Shown: positions 1 through 9,834, numbered from the stretch's first letter. The stretch is DNA of 64,000 nt from an uncultured Elusimicrobia bacterium (GCA_964441955.1 CAYTWA010000007.1:71555-135554); one strand, 5' to 3'. Numbers and translations are program-made. The notes: generated by a model from the sequence alone, not told the origin.

Positions 1-369
1 CCCTACGGTGTCAAGCTCAACATTCTTCCCAAGATTCAGCCCAACGGAAGCATTGCCATGACTATTGAGGCGGAGGTTAGCGACGTCGACATGCAAAACG
101 CGGTGACTTTTGGCCAAAGCGTCTTGCCGGGCATTCGTATACGAAAAGTGACTTCGGAGTTAACGCTAATGCCGGGAAGCACCCTGACATTAGCGGGGAT
201 GATTCAAACCCAAAAAGAATGGAAACGTCGCGGCGTGCCCTTGCTGATGGATATTCCCGCGCTAGGGTACTTGTTCAGTAAAAAATCGGAAATTCAGCGC
301 CGAACCTCCATTGTTGTGTTCATTACGCCGGTGATCTTGGAAGCGGAGTCGCTCCATGCGCGGTTGTGA
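1..369 (+). CDS. Secretin C-terminal fragment (CpaC/RcpA-like, Tad pilus secretin); 5' end lies outside the window
   Basis: Frame 1 is open from nt 1. The C-terminal 'secretin' motifs (..LTLMPGSTLTLAGMIQ..GVPLLMDIPALGYLFS..IVVFITPVI) are followed by TadE-like, CpaB and CpaF genes. Confidence 0.7.
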   Translation, partial: PYGVKLNILPKIQPNGSIAMTIEAEVSDVDMQNAVTFGQSVLPGIRIRKVTSELTLMPGSTLTLAGMIQTQKEWKRRGVPLLMDIPALGYLFSKKSEIQRRTSIVVFITPVILEAESLHARL

Positions 370-787
370 TCAAAGAGGTCAGTCTCTAGTGGAGGTCGCG
401 CTGGTGATGCCCGTATTCGCTTTTGTGGTCTGGACTCTGGCTCAGTTGGCCTTTTTTTGCATGAACCTCGTGGAACATCAGCGAATGGCTCAGGTGGCGG
501 CCGAGAATTTAACCATCGATAGTTTCATGTCTCGCAGACCGTATCACTGGTTTTATCGCAACCGGGGCACCACTATCCCGGCTTTAGTCAAGACGCGCGT
601 GATGGCTATTCCCGAACAGAAAGACCCTCACGCTTTCGCCGTCATCAAAACCGGTGGGCGGCTTTTTCACGTCCAGGTGACGAGCCAGCTTTTGCCGGGC
701 GCGTTTATGGGTCGGTTTTTGAAATGGGCAAACCAAACGGCGGCGGCGGAGGCCTGGATGGAGCCGGATGCGCCGGAGGGAGATTAA
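356..787 (+). CDS. TadE-like pilus assembly protein
   Basis: N-terminus 'GQSLVEVALVMPVFAFVV' matches the TadE/TadG N-terminal motif. It overlaps the secretin stop and lies in the tad locus. Confidence 0.6.
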   Translation: MRGCDQRGQSLVEVALVMPVFAFVVWTLAQLAFFCMNLVEHQRMAQVAAENLTIDSFMSRRPYHWFYRNRGTTIPALVKTRVMAIPEQKDPHAFAVIKTGGRLFHVQVTSQLLPGAFMGRFLKWANQTAAAEAWMEPDAPEGD

Positions 788-788
788 G

Positions 789-1541
789 ATGGTTTCGAAT
801 CGATCAGAATCCGGTCAATTGAGCTTGCCGATTCTGGCTGTTTTATTTCTTTTTGGAATGTTTATCTGTCTTCATGCCCGCCGATCGTGGGCGACGTATC
901 GGGATATGCGCTTGGATATCACAGCGGATTTGGTGGCCTTAAGCGCATCACGGACGCAAGCGCAAAACCTGAATACGTTGGCTACCATGGAAGATGCTTC
1001 GAACGGGCTGTTTCAAAAACTTCAAATAGGGCCTACGGATGTTGCCCGCATGTCCATGACCTCTTTCGGTAAATTCAATCGATACAAAAAAATGATGAAA
1101 GGTTTAGATCAAAAGTTCATTTGGGACGTCATGAATGCCGCTCGTATAACGGCGAAAGCCAACGGCGCCAAAAATCTCCCTGTTCCGCTTATGAAGGATC
1201 ATCTCGGGCATCTGTTGAAATGGAAGGTTGTCACCATCCAACTCTTTCTGAAGTCGGTGGTCCCAGCGCCCATTCCACCTATTGCCACCGAGGCCTATCT
1301 TGTCCGCACTTGGAAACCGACTGTGACGCAAGCCCAACCGATTCACAAACAAAAGTGGAAGGTCTGCGAAGAGGGTACGTGCAAAACGGGAAAGGCAATT
1401 CTTTGGTTGGATCTGCGATTGATCCCTCTTGGAAATAATGGGGGTTTCCCTCCGTATGATCCGGGTTTCTTGGGGGGCATGGGCGTCCAGTGCATGCTTC
1501 CTCATTTCACATCCAGACAGTTGTCCAAAAATACACGATGA
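789..1541 (+). CDS. Hypothetical Tad-associated membrane protein (TadG-like?); alternative start at 768
   Basis: ORF in the tad operon with a hydrophobic N-terminus 'LSLPILAVLFLFGMFICL'. No firm family assignment. Confidence 0.35.
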   Translation: MVSNRSESGQLSLPILAVLFLFGMFICLHARRSWATYRDMRLDITADLVALSASRTQAQNLNTLATMEDASNGLFQKLQIGPTDVARMSMTSFGKFNRYKKMMKGLDQKFIWDVMNAARITAKANGAKNLPVPLMKDHLGHLLKWKVVTIQLFLKSVVPAPIPPIATEAYLVRTWKPTVTQAQPIHKQKWKVCEEGTCKTGKAILWLDLRLIPLGNNGGFPPYDPGFLGGMGVQCMLPHFTSRQLSKNTR

Positions 1542-1975
1542 ATTCGCGCGGCCAAGCCATGATCGAAGTCGCCGTCTTTATGCTTTTTACCAGCGGTCTG
1601 ATGGTGGGGTTGGTGGTGTTTACGCAGTGGATTCTTCTCCACCAAAAACTTCTACTCACAGCGAAACAGGGAATTCACTTATACAGCTCTGGACGCTTTG
1701 AGAAATCCGATGTGGAGCGGCATATGCGTCGCTACCTTGCCACGAGTCCTCCGTGGATCGATCCATCGCGCGTGCATATTGAAATTAAGCCGCAGGAAGG
1801 TGTTGCAGGATACGTTTACCGTCTGGATCGCGTGTCGGTTCAATACACCCCTTCTCGTGCATGGTTTCACTGGTTGGGCGAACTCGGCACGATTGAAGAA
1901 GTGTGTGTCGTTGCCCATGCCCCCACTTATGCAGCTTCCTATCAGCCTTGGTATGGGCCGGCGGTGCCGTGGTGA
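1538..1975 (+). CDS. TadE-like pilus assembly protein (second copy)
   Basis: Internal Met followed by 'RGQAMIEVAVFMLFTSGLMVGLVVF', a TadE-like N-terminal motif. The track ORF 1490..1975 has a likely spurious 16-aa extension. Confidence 0.55.
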   Translation: MNSRGQAMIEVAVFMLFTSGLMVGLVVFTQWILLHQKLLLTAKQGIHLYSSGRFEKSDVERHMRRYLATSPPWIDPSRVHIEIKPQEGVAGYVYRLDRVSVQYTPSRAWFHWLGELGTIEEVCVVAHAPTYAASYQPWYGPAVPW

Positions 1976-2700
1976 AGAACAAGTCCCTATGGATTCGCGC
2001 CCTCTTGGGCGGCGCCATTCTGGCGGCGTTGATGTGGGTGGAAATTCCTCGTGTTCTGAGTCATGTGCCTATGGGACCTAATGGAGACGTCGCGTTATGG
2101 GTGGCCGACCAGTACATCCCTGCGTATGCCCCTGTGACTCTTAAACATCTTCGAAAGGCTCGCTGGCCACGAGCATACGTTCCGCCGGGGGCACTGCTTG
2201 TCCAAGAATCACTCACCGACAACCTGGAGCGCCCACGGTTCAGCGCAGCGGTGGCGGTGCCCGAAGGACAACCGTTAACGCGAACGCTGCTCTTTGATGC
2301 ACAAAGCGGGGAATCGATTTCCAGCCTGCTCCGGCCGGGCCAAGTCGCCGTGTCGTTTCAAGTGGAGCGGTCTAAAGGGGCGGGAGGCTGGGTGCGCCCG
2401 GGAGATATCGTGGCTGTCTTTTCTGAAACCACTCAGGCCGCCGCAGGCTTACGGCTCATCATGCCCTCCATTACGGTGCTGGCCGTTGACGATAAACGTT
2501 TAAGTCCCGAGCCCGCGAAAGCGACTGTGCATTCCAGTGAGGAGGAAACAATCCCTCAGCCCATCCCTTCTTCTTTGGTGATCACGGTTCGGGCCAATCC
2601 GCTTGAAGCCAGTTCGCTCATCAAAGCGTCCGAACGCGGAAGCGTTCATATTGTCGTGCGTTCTTCGGGAGATGAGTTGCCATGGACCGCGGTCAACTAA
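1972..2700 (+). CDS. cpaB: Flp pilus assembly protein CpaB/RcpC-like (GTG start overlaps the upstream stop)
   Basis: N-terminal TM 'LWIRALLGGAILAALMW' followed by SAF-like/CpaB-like sequence. It lies directly upstream of cpaF. Confidence 0.55.
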   Translation: MKNKSLWIRALLGGAILAALMWVEIPRVLSHVPMGPNGDVALWVADQYIPAYAPVTLKHLRKARWPRAYVPPGALLVQESLTDNLERPRFSAAVAVPEGQPLTRTLLFDAQSGESISSLLRPGQVAVSFQVERSKGAGGWVRPGDIVAVFSETTQAAAGLRLIMPSITVLAVDDKRLSPEPAKATVHSSEEETIPQPIPSSLVITVRANPLEASSLIKASERGSVHIVVRSSGDELPWTAVN

Positions 2701-4499
2701 TTCTTTTTCGCTCGACAGCGCCCCGTGTAGGGCGTGCCTCCTTGATTCGAGAGCTGCGGTGTCAATGGGAACGCCAATCTATTTTCTGCCTTAGCGTCAT
2801 TTTTGAAAAAGAAAACAGCAACGCTTTGGATTTGGCGGAATGGTTAGAGCGGTACCGCCCCTTGTCCCCACTCCTGCAGCGCAATGCACTCCAATCCGCT
2901 CAGTCGTATGGGTTTTTGAAGTTAAAAGAAACAACCCCAGCCGCCCTAAAGGAATGGCTGGGGCTTGCGACGTCTCTTTATCGCTGGGTTCTCGTGTCCG
3001 CCCCTTCCGAGAACTCAGAAAGTTTCGTGACGCTTCTCGATGCCGCAGACCTCCTGGTCACGGTCACCGTTTCGGGCGGACGGCCAGAAGACGATAGCCG
3101 CCTTTTACGGGATTGTCTCGAACGAGAGCGCTTCCCGTTGGCTTTCCATCAATGGGTTATCAATCGAGAGCCAAGAAGCTCAAAGCCATCGCCGATCCAT
3201 CCATTGAGCATTTTGCCGGAAGATCCCTTGCTAGGCATTCGCTGGCGAGAAGCGGTTCGCGGCCTGGCTGAAACCTTCAAACAAAAGCCCGCACTCTTTA
3301 AACCGCAAACGCCCCTTTCGCAAAAAGAGGAAACATCTCGGCAAGTGCTGGAGGATCTCAAAGCCCGAATACAGCCTCAGCTAGTTCAAGCCATGGAGCA
3401 ATCCCCCACTCAAGGAACCGAAAAAGTCCAAGCCGTATTGGCCGCGGCGTTAGTTGATGAAAGCCGTTTGCCGGTTGACCGCCAGCAGCGTGAAGAAGCG
3501 ATGCAACGTGTGCTTGAAGATGTGTTGGGGTTGGGGCCTATAGAGACGTTGCTTAAAGATCCCGAGGTTTCCGAAGTTATGGTTAACGGGCATGGGTGCG
3601 TCTACGTCGAAAAACGCGGAAAGCTGCACCATACGCCAATCCAGCTGGCGTCTGAAGCGCAGCTGCGCACATTGATCGATCGCATTGTGGCGCCGCTGGG
3701 CCGGAGGGTGGATGAATCCATGCCGCTTTGTGATGCGCGCTTAGCCGATGGCTCGCGAGTGAATATCGTATTGCCCCCGTTGGCGCTGGATGGCCCTACG
3801 CTTACCATCCGGAAATTTATGACAAAACGTTTGGCCTTTGATCAATTGGTCGAGTTAGGCTCAATGAGCGCCGCGATGGGAAGATTTTTAAGCGGGGCGG
3901 TGATGTCCCGTAAAAACATTTTGGTGTCGGGGGGGACGGGAAGCGGGAAAACCACGCTGCTCAATGCCCTCTCCTCTGCCATTCCTGACGATGAACGTAT
4001 TGTGACGATTGAAGATGCCGCGGAACTCAGACTTCAAAAACCCCATGTGGTGCGCTTGGAATCCCGTCCGCCTAATGCGGAGGGGCAAGGTGAAATTCCC
4101 ATCCGGCGGTTGGTGATCAATGCGCTCCGTATGCGGCCCGACCGCATTGTGATTGGCGAGTGCCGGGGTGGCGAAGCGCTCGACATGTTGCAGGCCATGA
4201 ACACGGGTCACGATGGGTCGCTGACCACGATTCATGCCAATACACCGCGGGATGCGCTCGGGCGTTTGGAGACCCTCGTGCTCATGGCGGGCATGGACTT
4301 GCCCGTGCGGGTGATCCGTGAACAAATTCGAAGTGCGATTCATCTTATTGTTCAGCAGGCACGTTTGCCTGATGGCTCCAGAAAGGTGACCTCTGTCACC
4401 GAAGTTACGGGGATGGAACAAGAGGTGCTGGTCACACAGGAATTGTTTCGTTTGCGAAACGGCCAGTTTGAAACGACGGGTCTGCGAGCGGCCTCATGA
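2682..4499 (+). CDS. cpaF: Tad pilus ATPase CpaF/TadA with ~200-aa N-terminal extension resembling a degenerate TadZ/CpaE (ParA-like C-terminal half)
   Basis: Walker A '[16 protein letters not shown]' and a T2SSE/VirB11-like core (..[33 protein letters not shown]..). The N-terminal region contains '..[29 protein letters not shown]..'. Confidence 0.85.
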   Translation: MDRGQLILFRSTAPRVGRASLIRELRCQWERQSIFCLSVIFEKENSNALDLAEWLERYRPLSPLLQRNALQSAQSYGFLKLKETTPAALKEWLGLATSLYRWVLVSAPSENSESFVTLLDAADLLVTVTVSGGRPEDDSRLLRDCLERERFPLAFHQWVINREPRSSKPSPIHPLSILPEDPLLGIRWREAVRGLAETFKQKPALFKPQTPLSQKEETSRQVLEDLKARIQPQLVQAMEQSPTQGTEKVQAVLAAALVDESRLPVDRQQREEAMQRVLEDVLGLGPIETLLKDPEVSEVMVNGHGCVYVEKRGKLHHTPIQLASEAQLRTLIDRIVAPLGRRVDESMPLCDARLADGSRVNIVLPPLALDGPTLTIRKFMTKRLAFDQLVELGSMSAAMGRFLSGAVMSRKNILVSGGTGSGKTTLLNALSSAIPDDERIVTIEDAAELRLQKPHVVRLESRPPNAEGQGEIPIRRLVINALRMRPDRIVIGECRGGEALDMLQAMNTGHDGSLTTIHANTPRDALGRLETLVLMAGMDLPVRVIREQIRSAIHLIVQQARLPDGSRKVTSVTEVTGMEQEVLVTQELFRLRNGQFETTGLRAAS

Positions 4500-5116
4500 T
4501 TATTCTTCTGGCTGTCGCTGGCCTTTCCTTTTTTATTCCCATTCTTTTGAAACGCTACCGCGCTGAAAAGCATCAACAGCTTTTGGCTCGCCAGTTGCGC
4601 GAATCGATAGCGGCGATGTCTCATGCGATGCGCGTGGGCGTTAATTTCCAACAAGCGCTGGCTTATGCCGCCCAAGAAGGAAGCGAGCCCTTGGCTGCCG
4701 AATGGCGACGCGTGCTAAATAACGTTCAAGTGGGCCGGCCTTTGGCCGATGCGTTGGGAGAATTGCCGGCGCGCGTGCCGGTGAGTGCGATGCATTGGTT
4801 TGTGGCGGCGGTTCAAATCACGCAAAGCACTGGGGGTTCGCTGGCGGATGTCTTGGCCACATTGGCCGAGACGCTTCAGGACCGCGAAACGTTGCGCGAT
4901 AAAGTGGCGGCACTCACGGCGCAAGGGAAAGCGTCCGGCATTCTTTTAAGTCTTCTTCCTTTCATTGTGATGGCGGCTCTTTGGGTCATCGTTCCGGATA
5001 TGGCAGGCCCGATGTTTGCCACGATGACCGGGCAGGCGATGTTAGCGGTGGTGATGGTGATGGTGTTTATCGGTGGGCTCATCATCCGCAAAATCGTCAC
5101 GATCGAGGTGGCTTAG
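4496..5116 (+). CDS. tadB: TadB (type II secretion system F-domain membrane protein)
   Basis: T2SSF-like sequence with flanking TM segments. It overlaps the cpaF stop (ATGA). Confidence 0.75.
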   Translation: MIILLAVAGLSFFIPILLKRYRAEKHQQLLARQLRESIAAMSHAMRVGVNFQQALAYAAQEGSEPLAAEWRRVLNNVQVGRPLADALGELPARVPVSAMHWFVAAVQITQSTGGSLADVLATLAETLQDRETLRDKVAALTAQGKASGILLSLLPFIVMAALWVIVPDMAGPMFATMTGQAMLAVVMVMVFIGGLIIRKIVTIEVA

Positions 5117-5117
5117 C

Positions 5118-5633
5118 ATGAGACCGTTATCGTTTTATGTGACCGCGCTTCAAGACTCCCAGAAACGAAAAAAACGATTTGCTCAAATCAGTGCCGCGCT
5201 CCCGGAAGCGCTTGATTTGCTCGTGGTGGTCATGCAGGCTGGGTTGGATTTCCAGGTGGCTTTGGAGGAATATTTAAACCGTGCCCCTAAGGGACCGCTT
5301 TGGGACGAGTTCTCACGTCTTCAGGCAGAAATTCGCACCGGTTCTTCGCGTGTGCAAGCTTTGCGAAGCTTACGGGCACGCGTCCCACTGCCTGCCTTAC
5401 AGGAAACGATGCAAACGCTGATCCAAGGCATGGAATTAGGCTCAAGTCTCACCCCGCTTCTGCGTACGCAAGCCAAGGCTCTGCGCATGCGCCGGTCCTT
5501 AGAAGCAGAAAAGCAAGCCGCGGTGGCGCCGCTAAAGTTAATGTTTCCGTTGTTCGTCTTTATTTTTCCAACGCTCTTTATAGCGCTGCTTGGGCCCGTG
5601 TTTCTGTCCATGTCCAAAGGCGGAATGCCGTGA
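5118..5633 (+). CDS. tadC: TadC (T2SSF-domain membrane protein)
   Basis: T2SSF-like sequence '..LPEALDLLVVVMQAGLDFQVALE..' with a C-terminal TM. Start at the ATG 2 nt after the tadB stop. Confidence 0.7.
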   Translation: MRPLSFYVTALQDSQKRKKRFAQISAALPEALDLLVVVMQAGLDFQVALEEYLNRAPKGPLWDEFSRLQAEIRTGSSRVQALRSLRARVPLPALQETMQTLIQGMELGSSLTPLLRTQAKALRMRRSLEAEKQAAVAPLKLMFPLFVFIFPTLFIALLGPVFLSMSKGGMP

Positions 5634-6553
5634 TGGGGTTGTTTGAAAAACGCGTGGTATTTGGCGCCGCTTTCCTGGCGCTGTCCATTCTTGTCATGGT
5701 CGCAATAGCGCTTCGGCGAACCGGACGCGAAACGCAAGAAGCGCTTCTTTCCCGCTCAATGGGGCCCGTGGTTTCTTTGATTGAAGCCGCGCATCGCGCG
5801 CAAGATGACCCGGCGCTTCAGCGCTTGGTGCATGCCATGGCCGTGTCTCCGGGCATGATCTGGGCCGGGGTTTTGGATGCGAAGGAGAAGCGGTTTGTGG
5901 TGCATAGTGATCCTGTTCAAATCGGCGAGCCTTGGAAGGGTGAATCGGTTTCATGGACAGCGCCCCTAGAAAATGGTGACGCGCTCTGGGGCCATTTGAT
6001 TGTTGGTTTCACTCCAGACGTTTTAGGGCGATTTCAACGACGCCTGTTTCTCTGGGGGGCGGGGGGTGGGGCGGTATTTGTTTTTTTATCGGTCCTCCAA
6101 GCCGGGTATGGGTTTCATCAAAAAAAACGATTTCAGGCAGAAACAAGCGATGCGGCAGCCGTTCAAGATGAGCTGCAAGAAGCGTTGGCGAAGGCTCACC
6201 ATCAAGCACAGGAACGAGACATCGTTTCAAGCCAGTGTCTTCAAAGTGCGTTAGAGCAAATTCCTCGCCCCTGCCTTTTTCTTGACCGGCACCAGCGGGT
6301 GGCCGCTTGCAATTCGATGGCCCCCCTTCTACTGGGCGCAGGGCTTCCCGCCGAATGGATGGGAAGGCCTTGGCAGGACATCCCCATGCTGGCTGACTGC
6401 GGGAAGCCTTTGGCGGAGTCGCTAGAAAACCCTCAGCGGACTTTTCGTGTCACGCTCCTGTCTCGGGGCGTGACCATCGATTGGTGGTCCTTGGCGGCTG
6501 TCTCTGGTATTTCTCCCGGAACATGGGTCACGCTTTATCCGACCTCGACTTGA
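5633..6553 (+). CDS. Hypothetical 2-TM membrane protein, translationally coupled to tadC
   Basis: ATG overlaps the tadC stop (tgATGg). It has two hydrophobic segments. The track ORF 5300..6553 has an implausible upstream extension that overlaps tadC. Confidence 0.4.
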   Translation: MGLFEKRVVFGAAFLALSILVMVAIALRRTGRETQEALLSRSMGPVVSLIEAAHRAQDDPALQRLVHAMAVSPGMIWAGVLDAKEKRFVVHSDPVQIGEPWKGESVSWTAPLENGDALWGHLIVGFTPDVLGRFQRRLFLWGAGGGAVFVFLSVLQAGYGFHQKKRFQAETSDAAAVQDELQEALAKAHHQAQERDIVSSQCLQSALEQIPRPCLFLDRHQRVAACNSMAPLLLGAGLPAEWMGRPWQDIPMLADCGKPLAESLENPQRTFRVTLLSRGVTIDWWSLAAVSGISPGTWVTLYPTST

Positions 6554-6558
6554 TAAAA

Positions 6559-6572
6559 CATACGTACGTATG
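6559..6572. promoter_or_regulatory. Perfect 14-bp palindrome CATACGTACGTATG, 13 bp upstream of the Y-family polymerase start codon (candidate SOS/LexA-type operator)
   Basis: Palindrome read directly in the sequence. Its position relative to a damage-inducible-type gene motivates the call. Confidence 0.4.
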
Positions 6573-6585
6573 ATATCCATGCGGC

Positions 6586-7812
6586 ATGGTTTCCTCCCAT
6601 CAGGTTCGCTGGTTGTTTGTGGATTTCAATGCGTACTTCGCTTCCGTAGAGCAGCAGGAAAATCCGGCGCTTCGCGGAAAGCCGGTAGGGGTGGTGCCGA
6701 TGATGAGCGATTCCACCTGCTGCATCGCCGCCAGTTACGAAGCCAAAGCGTTTGGCATAAAAACCGGGACGAACGTAGCCGAGGCGCGGTCATTGTGCCC
6801 CTCCATCCGCTTCGTCGAGGCGCGACATGGGGTGTATGTGAAATATCACCATGCGTTGGTCGACGCGGTGGATGAATGTATTCCGGTGGAGAGCGTTCTT
6901 TCAATTGATGAAATGGCCTGCCGCCTGACCGGGTCCCAGCAGGAGCTTCCCAACGCTTTGTCCGTAGCGGCTCACATTAAGCAAAACATTCGGCTGCGTG
7001 TCGGGGAATTTCTCAAATGTTCCATCGGGTTAGCCCCGAACCGATATTTGGCCAAAGTGGCCGGTGACATGCGTAAGCCTGACGGCCTCACGGTTATTCG
7101 TCCAGCGGATTTGCCTTTGATTTTGTGGCCGCTTAAACTGCGTGATTTGCCGGGCATAGGACGGCACATGGAAGAGCGGTTGTCCAGACACGGCATCCAC
7201 ACGATGAAAGAATTGTGTTCTCTGGAGTGCGCGCGCCTGCATGAGATATGGGGTGGCGTCGTGGGGGACCGTTTTTATTCCTGGCTCCGTGGAGAGGAAC
7301 CACACGAGCCGGCCACGCAGCGGCGAAGTGTCGGTCACTCCCATGTGCTTGAACCGCAGTGCCGGTCTTTGTCAGGGGCTTACAAGATTGCCCAGCAGCT
7401 CACGGCCAAAGCGGCGGTCCGCCTGCGGCGTATCGGCTGCCGGGCAGACGGCATGTCGGCGGCTATTCAGTTTTTGAAAGGCAATACATGGGCGGCTAAG
7501 ACAAGGCTTGGCGGAACCCAAGATACGCCAACATTCTTGAAAACGCTATCCGCCTTATGGGATGGGACTCCCCCCGGCATTCCCCTGTGGGTCGGCGTGA
7601 CCTTCTTTCCTGTAACCCCGGAGCATCTGCACACCCCTTCCCTATTCGATAACCCCAAGCAAGAACACCTCTGCGAAGTGATGGACCAAATCAACGAACG
7701 GTGGGGGCGCGACATGGCTTATTACGCCGCCTTAAAAGACGCCGAAGGCCGCGCCCCCTCTCGAATTGCCTTCACGCGCATCCCCGACCTTCGGGAATTC
7801 GATGAAGTATAA
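6586..7812 (+). CDS. dinB: Y-family DNA polymerase (DinB/Pol IV-like)
   Basis: 'WLFVDFNAYFASVEQ' and 'SIDEMACRL' match the Y-family palm motifs. The DxD motif reads DFN (second Asp replaced by Asn). Confidence 0.8.
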   Translation: MVSSHQVRWLFVDFNAYFASVEQQENPALRGKPVGVVPMMSDSTCCIAASYEAKAFGIKTGTNVAEARSLCPSIRFVEARHGVYVKYHHALVDAVDECIPVESVLSIDEMACRLTGSQQELPNALSVAAHIKQNIRLRVGEFLKCSIGLAPNRYLAKVAGDMRKPDGLTVIRPADLPLILWPLKLRDLPGIGRHMEERLSRHGIHTMKELCSLECARLHEIWGGVVGDRFYSWLRGEEPHEPATQRRSVGHSHVLEPQCRSLSGAYKIAQQLTAKAAVRLRRIGCRADGMSAAIQFLKGNTWAAKTRLGGTQDTPTFLKTLSALWDGTPPGIPLWVGVTFFPVTPEHLHTPSLFDNPKQEHLCEVMDQINERWGRDMAYYAALKDAEGRAPSRIAFTRIPDLREFDEV

Positions 7813-7823
7813 TTCGCGCATCT

Positions 7824-8288
7824 ATGAGGAGCGTTTTGGCCGCCCTTTCGGCCATTTTCATTTGTGGCACGTTGCATGCCAATCCTGCGCCTGTGGTCGC
7901 TTCAACGTCGCCCATCACCGAGATGCGAAATTCTCAGCTTTATGCGCACAACAAAAATTGGCTGAAAAGTTTTCCTTCCGCTTTCGTGGCGGCCAATATC
8001 CGCGGTGAGAATATGCAGTACGCCGAAAGGCGTTTAGCCGCGTTGGATTTGGTCCGCCAGCAACGAGATTTTGGCGTTGTTTCGGAATTAACTCTGGCGC
8101 TGGAAAAAGGAAGTTTTTTGGATTTTGAGATTCTTAGCATTTTGGAGGACTGGAAAGCCAAACGTGCCGTGCCGCTCCTGGAAAAAATCGCGAAAGACCC
8201 CACGCGTGACAAAACGTTGCGAGACCAAGCTGCGAAATCCGCAAGTTCGATCAGAGGCTTTAAACCGGCACCGCCTCCGAAGTTTTAA
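7824..8288 (+). CDS. Hypothetical secreted protein
   Basis: Signal-peptide-like N-terminus 'MRSVLAALSAIFICGTLHA'. No recognisable domain. Confidence 0.35.
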   Translation: MRSVLAALSAIFICGTLHANPAPVVASTSPITEMRNSQLYAHNKNWLKSFPSAFVAANIRGENMQYAERRLAALDLVRQQRDFGVVSELTLALEKGSFLDFEILSILEDWKAKRAVPLLEKIAKDPTRDKTLRDQAAKSASSIRGFKPAPPPKF

Positions 8289-8303
8289 ATTTGCCCTACT
8301 TTT

Positions 8304-9596
8304 ATGGCTGACGTCAAAATCAAAGCGCTGCAGTGTAAAGAATGCGGGCATCAATTTCCCGCCAAGGCGACGCACGTCTGCGAATTCTGCTTCGGGCCGT
8401 TGGAAGTGGTTTACGATTACGACGCGATCAAAGCCCGCGTCAGCCGCGCCTCGATTGAAAAAGGCCCGCGCAGCCTTTGGCGTTATTGGGATTTCCTGCC
8501 GGTGGAAACGCATGATCCGATCACGATCCAAGAAGGCTACACCCCGTTTTGGCACGCCAAGCATTTGGGCGAGCGCCTTGGCTTAAAAAATCTCTACATC
8601 AAAAACGATTCTGTAAATCCCACGTTCTCGTTTAAAGATCGTGTGGTGTCGACCGCCTTAACGCGTGCCCGAGAACTGGGTTTTGACACGGTGGCGTGCG
8701 CATCGACGGGCAACTTGGCGGGCGCCACCGGTGCTTACGCCGCCCACGCCAAACTGAAATCCTTTGTATTCATCCCCGCCGATCTCGAACCCAGCAAGGT
8801 GGTGGGCGCGGCCATTTACGGTCCCACGATCGTGGGCATCAACGGCAATTACGATCAAGTCAATAAGCTCTGTGCCGAAATCGCCGACATGTTTAAGTGG
8901 GCGTTTGTAAATGTCAACGTTCGTCCCTATTACGCGGAAGGTTCGAAAACGCTCGGCTTTGAAGTGGCCGAACAACTCGGTTGGCGCGCGCCGGATCATT
9001 GCGTTGTCCCCATGGCTAGCGGGTCGCTTTTGACCAAAATTTATAAGGGTCTCCAAGAATTCACCAAGGTGGGTTTGATTGCCGAACATAAGACGCGTAT
9101 GTCGGGGGCCCAAGCCGAAGGGTGCGCTCCGGTGGTGAATGCCTTTAAAGAAAAATCGGACATCATTAAACCGGTCAAACCCAACACGATTGCCAAGTCT
9201 TTGGCCATTGGAAACCCGGCGGATGGTTTTTATGCCCTCGATATCATCCAAAAAACGGGGGGAGCGGCCGAAAGTGTGACCGACCCGCAAATCGTAGATG
9301 GTATTTTCCTTTTGGCTAGCACCGAGGGGGTCTATACGGAGACCGCGGGGGGCGTCACCATTGCAACTTTAAAAAAGCTCGCGGAGTCTGGTAAAATTCG
9401 TCCCGACGAGGTCACGGTGGCCTATATCACAGGGAATGGCTACAAAACTCAGGAAGTCATCGCCGAAAAAGTGAAGAAACCCCTAGTGATCGAACCGTCG
9501 ATCGATCAATTCCGCGAGATTTACGAACAGCTTTCGAAGGAGACATCGCATGGCCATCAAAGTTCGCATTCCAGCCCCGTTACGCAAGCTCACTAA
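8304..9596 (+). CDS. thrC: Threonine synthase-family PLP enzyme with N-terminal Cys4 zinc ribbon
   Basis: PLP-lysine motif 'NPTFSFKDRVVS' of fold-type II PLP enzymes at ThrC length. N-terminal CxxC..CxxC. Confidence 0.8.
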   Translation: MADVKIKALQCKECGHQFPAKATHVCEFCFGPLEVVYDYDAIKARVSRASIEKGPRSLWRYWDFLPVETHDPITIQEGYTPFWHAKHLGERLGLKNLYIKNDSVNPTFSFKDRVVSTALTRARELGFDTVACASTGNLAGATGAYAAHAKLKSFVFIPADLEPSKVVGAAIYGPTIVGINGNYDQVNKLCAEIADMFKWAFVNVNVRPYYAEGSKTLGFEVAEQLGWRAPDHCVVPMASGSLLTKIYKGLQEFTKVGLIAEHKTRMSGAQAEGCAPVVNAFKEKSDIIKPVKPNTIAKSLAIGNPADGFYALDIIQKTGGAAESVTDPQIVDGIFLLASTEGVYTETAGGVTIATLKKLAESGKIRPDEVTVAYITGNGYKTQEVIAEKVKKPLVIEPSIDQFREIYEQLSKETSHGHQSSHSSPVTQAH

Positions 9597-9831
9597 GGAG
9601 CAGCCGGTTGTCGATTGTCAGGGCAAGACGATCGAAGACATTTTGGCCAACCTGGAAAAAAACTACCCGGGCACCAAAGAGCGCATCTGCGATGAAAACG
9701 GCCAAATCCGTCGATTCATCAACGTGTTCGTGAATGGGGAGGACATCCGTTTTAAAGAAGGCGCCAAAACCATAGTGGCGGATGGTGCCGAAATCTCCAT
9801 CATTCCAGCCATCGCGGGTGGCGTGAGTTAG
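9550..9831 (+). CDS. MoaD/ThiS-family small sulfur-carrier-like protein (C-terminus ..IAGGVS)
   Basis: 93 aa with a beta-grasp-like sequence ending in GG plus 2 residues. It overlaps the thrC 3' end. Confidence 0.5.
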   Translation: MAIKVRIPAPLRKLTKEQPVVDCQGKTIEDILANLEKNYPGTKERICDENGQIRRFINVFVNGEDIRFKEGAKTIVADGAEISIIPAIAGGVS

Positions 9832-9834
9832 TTT

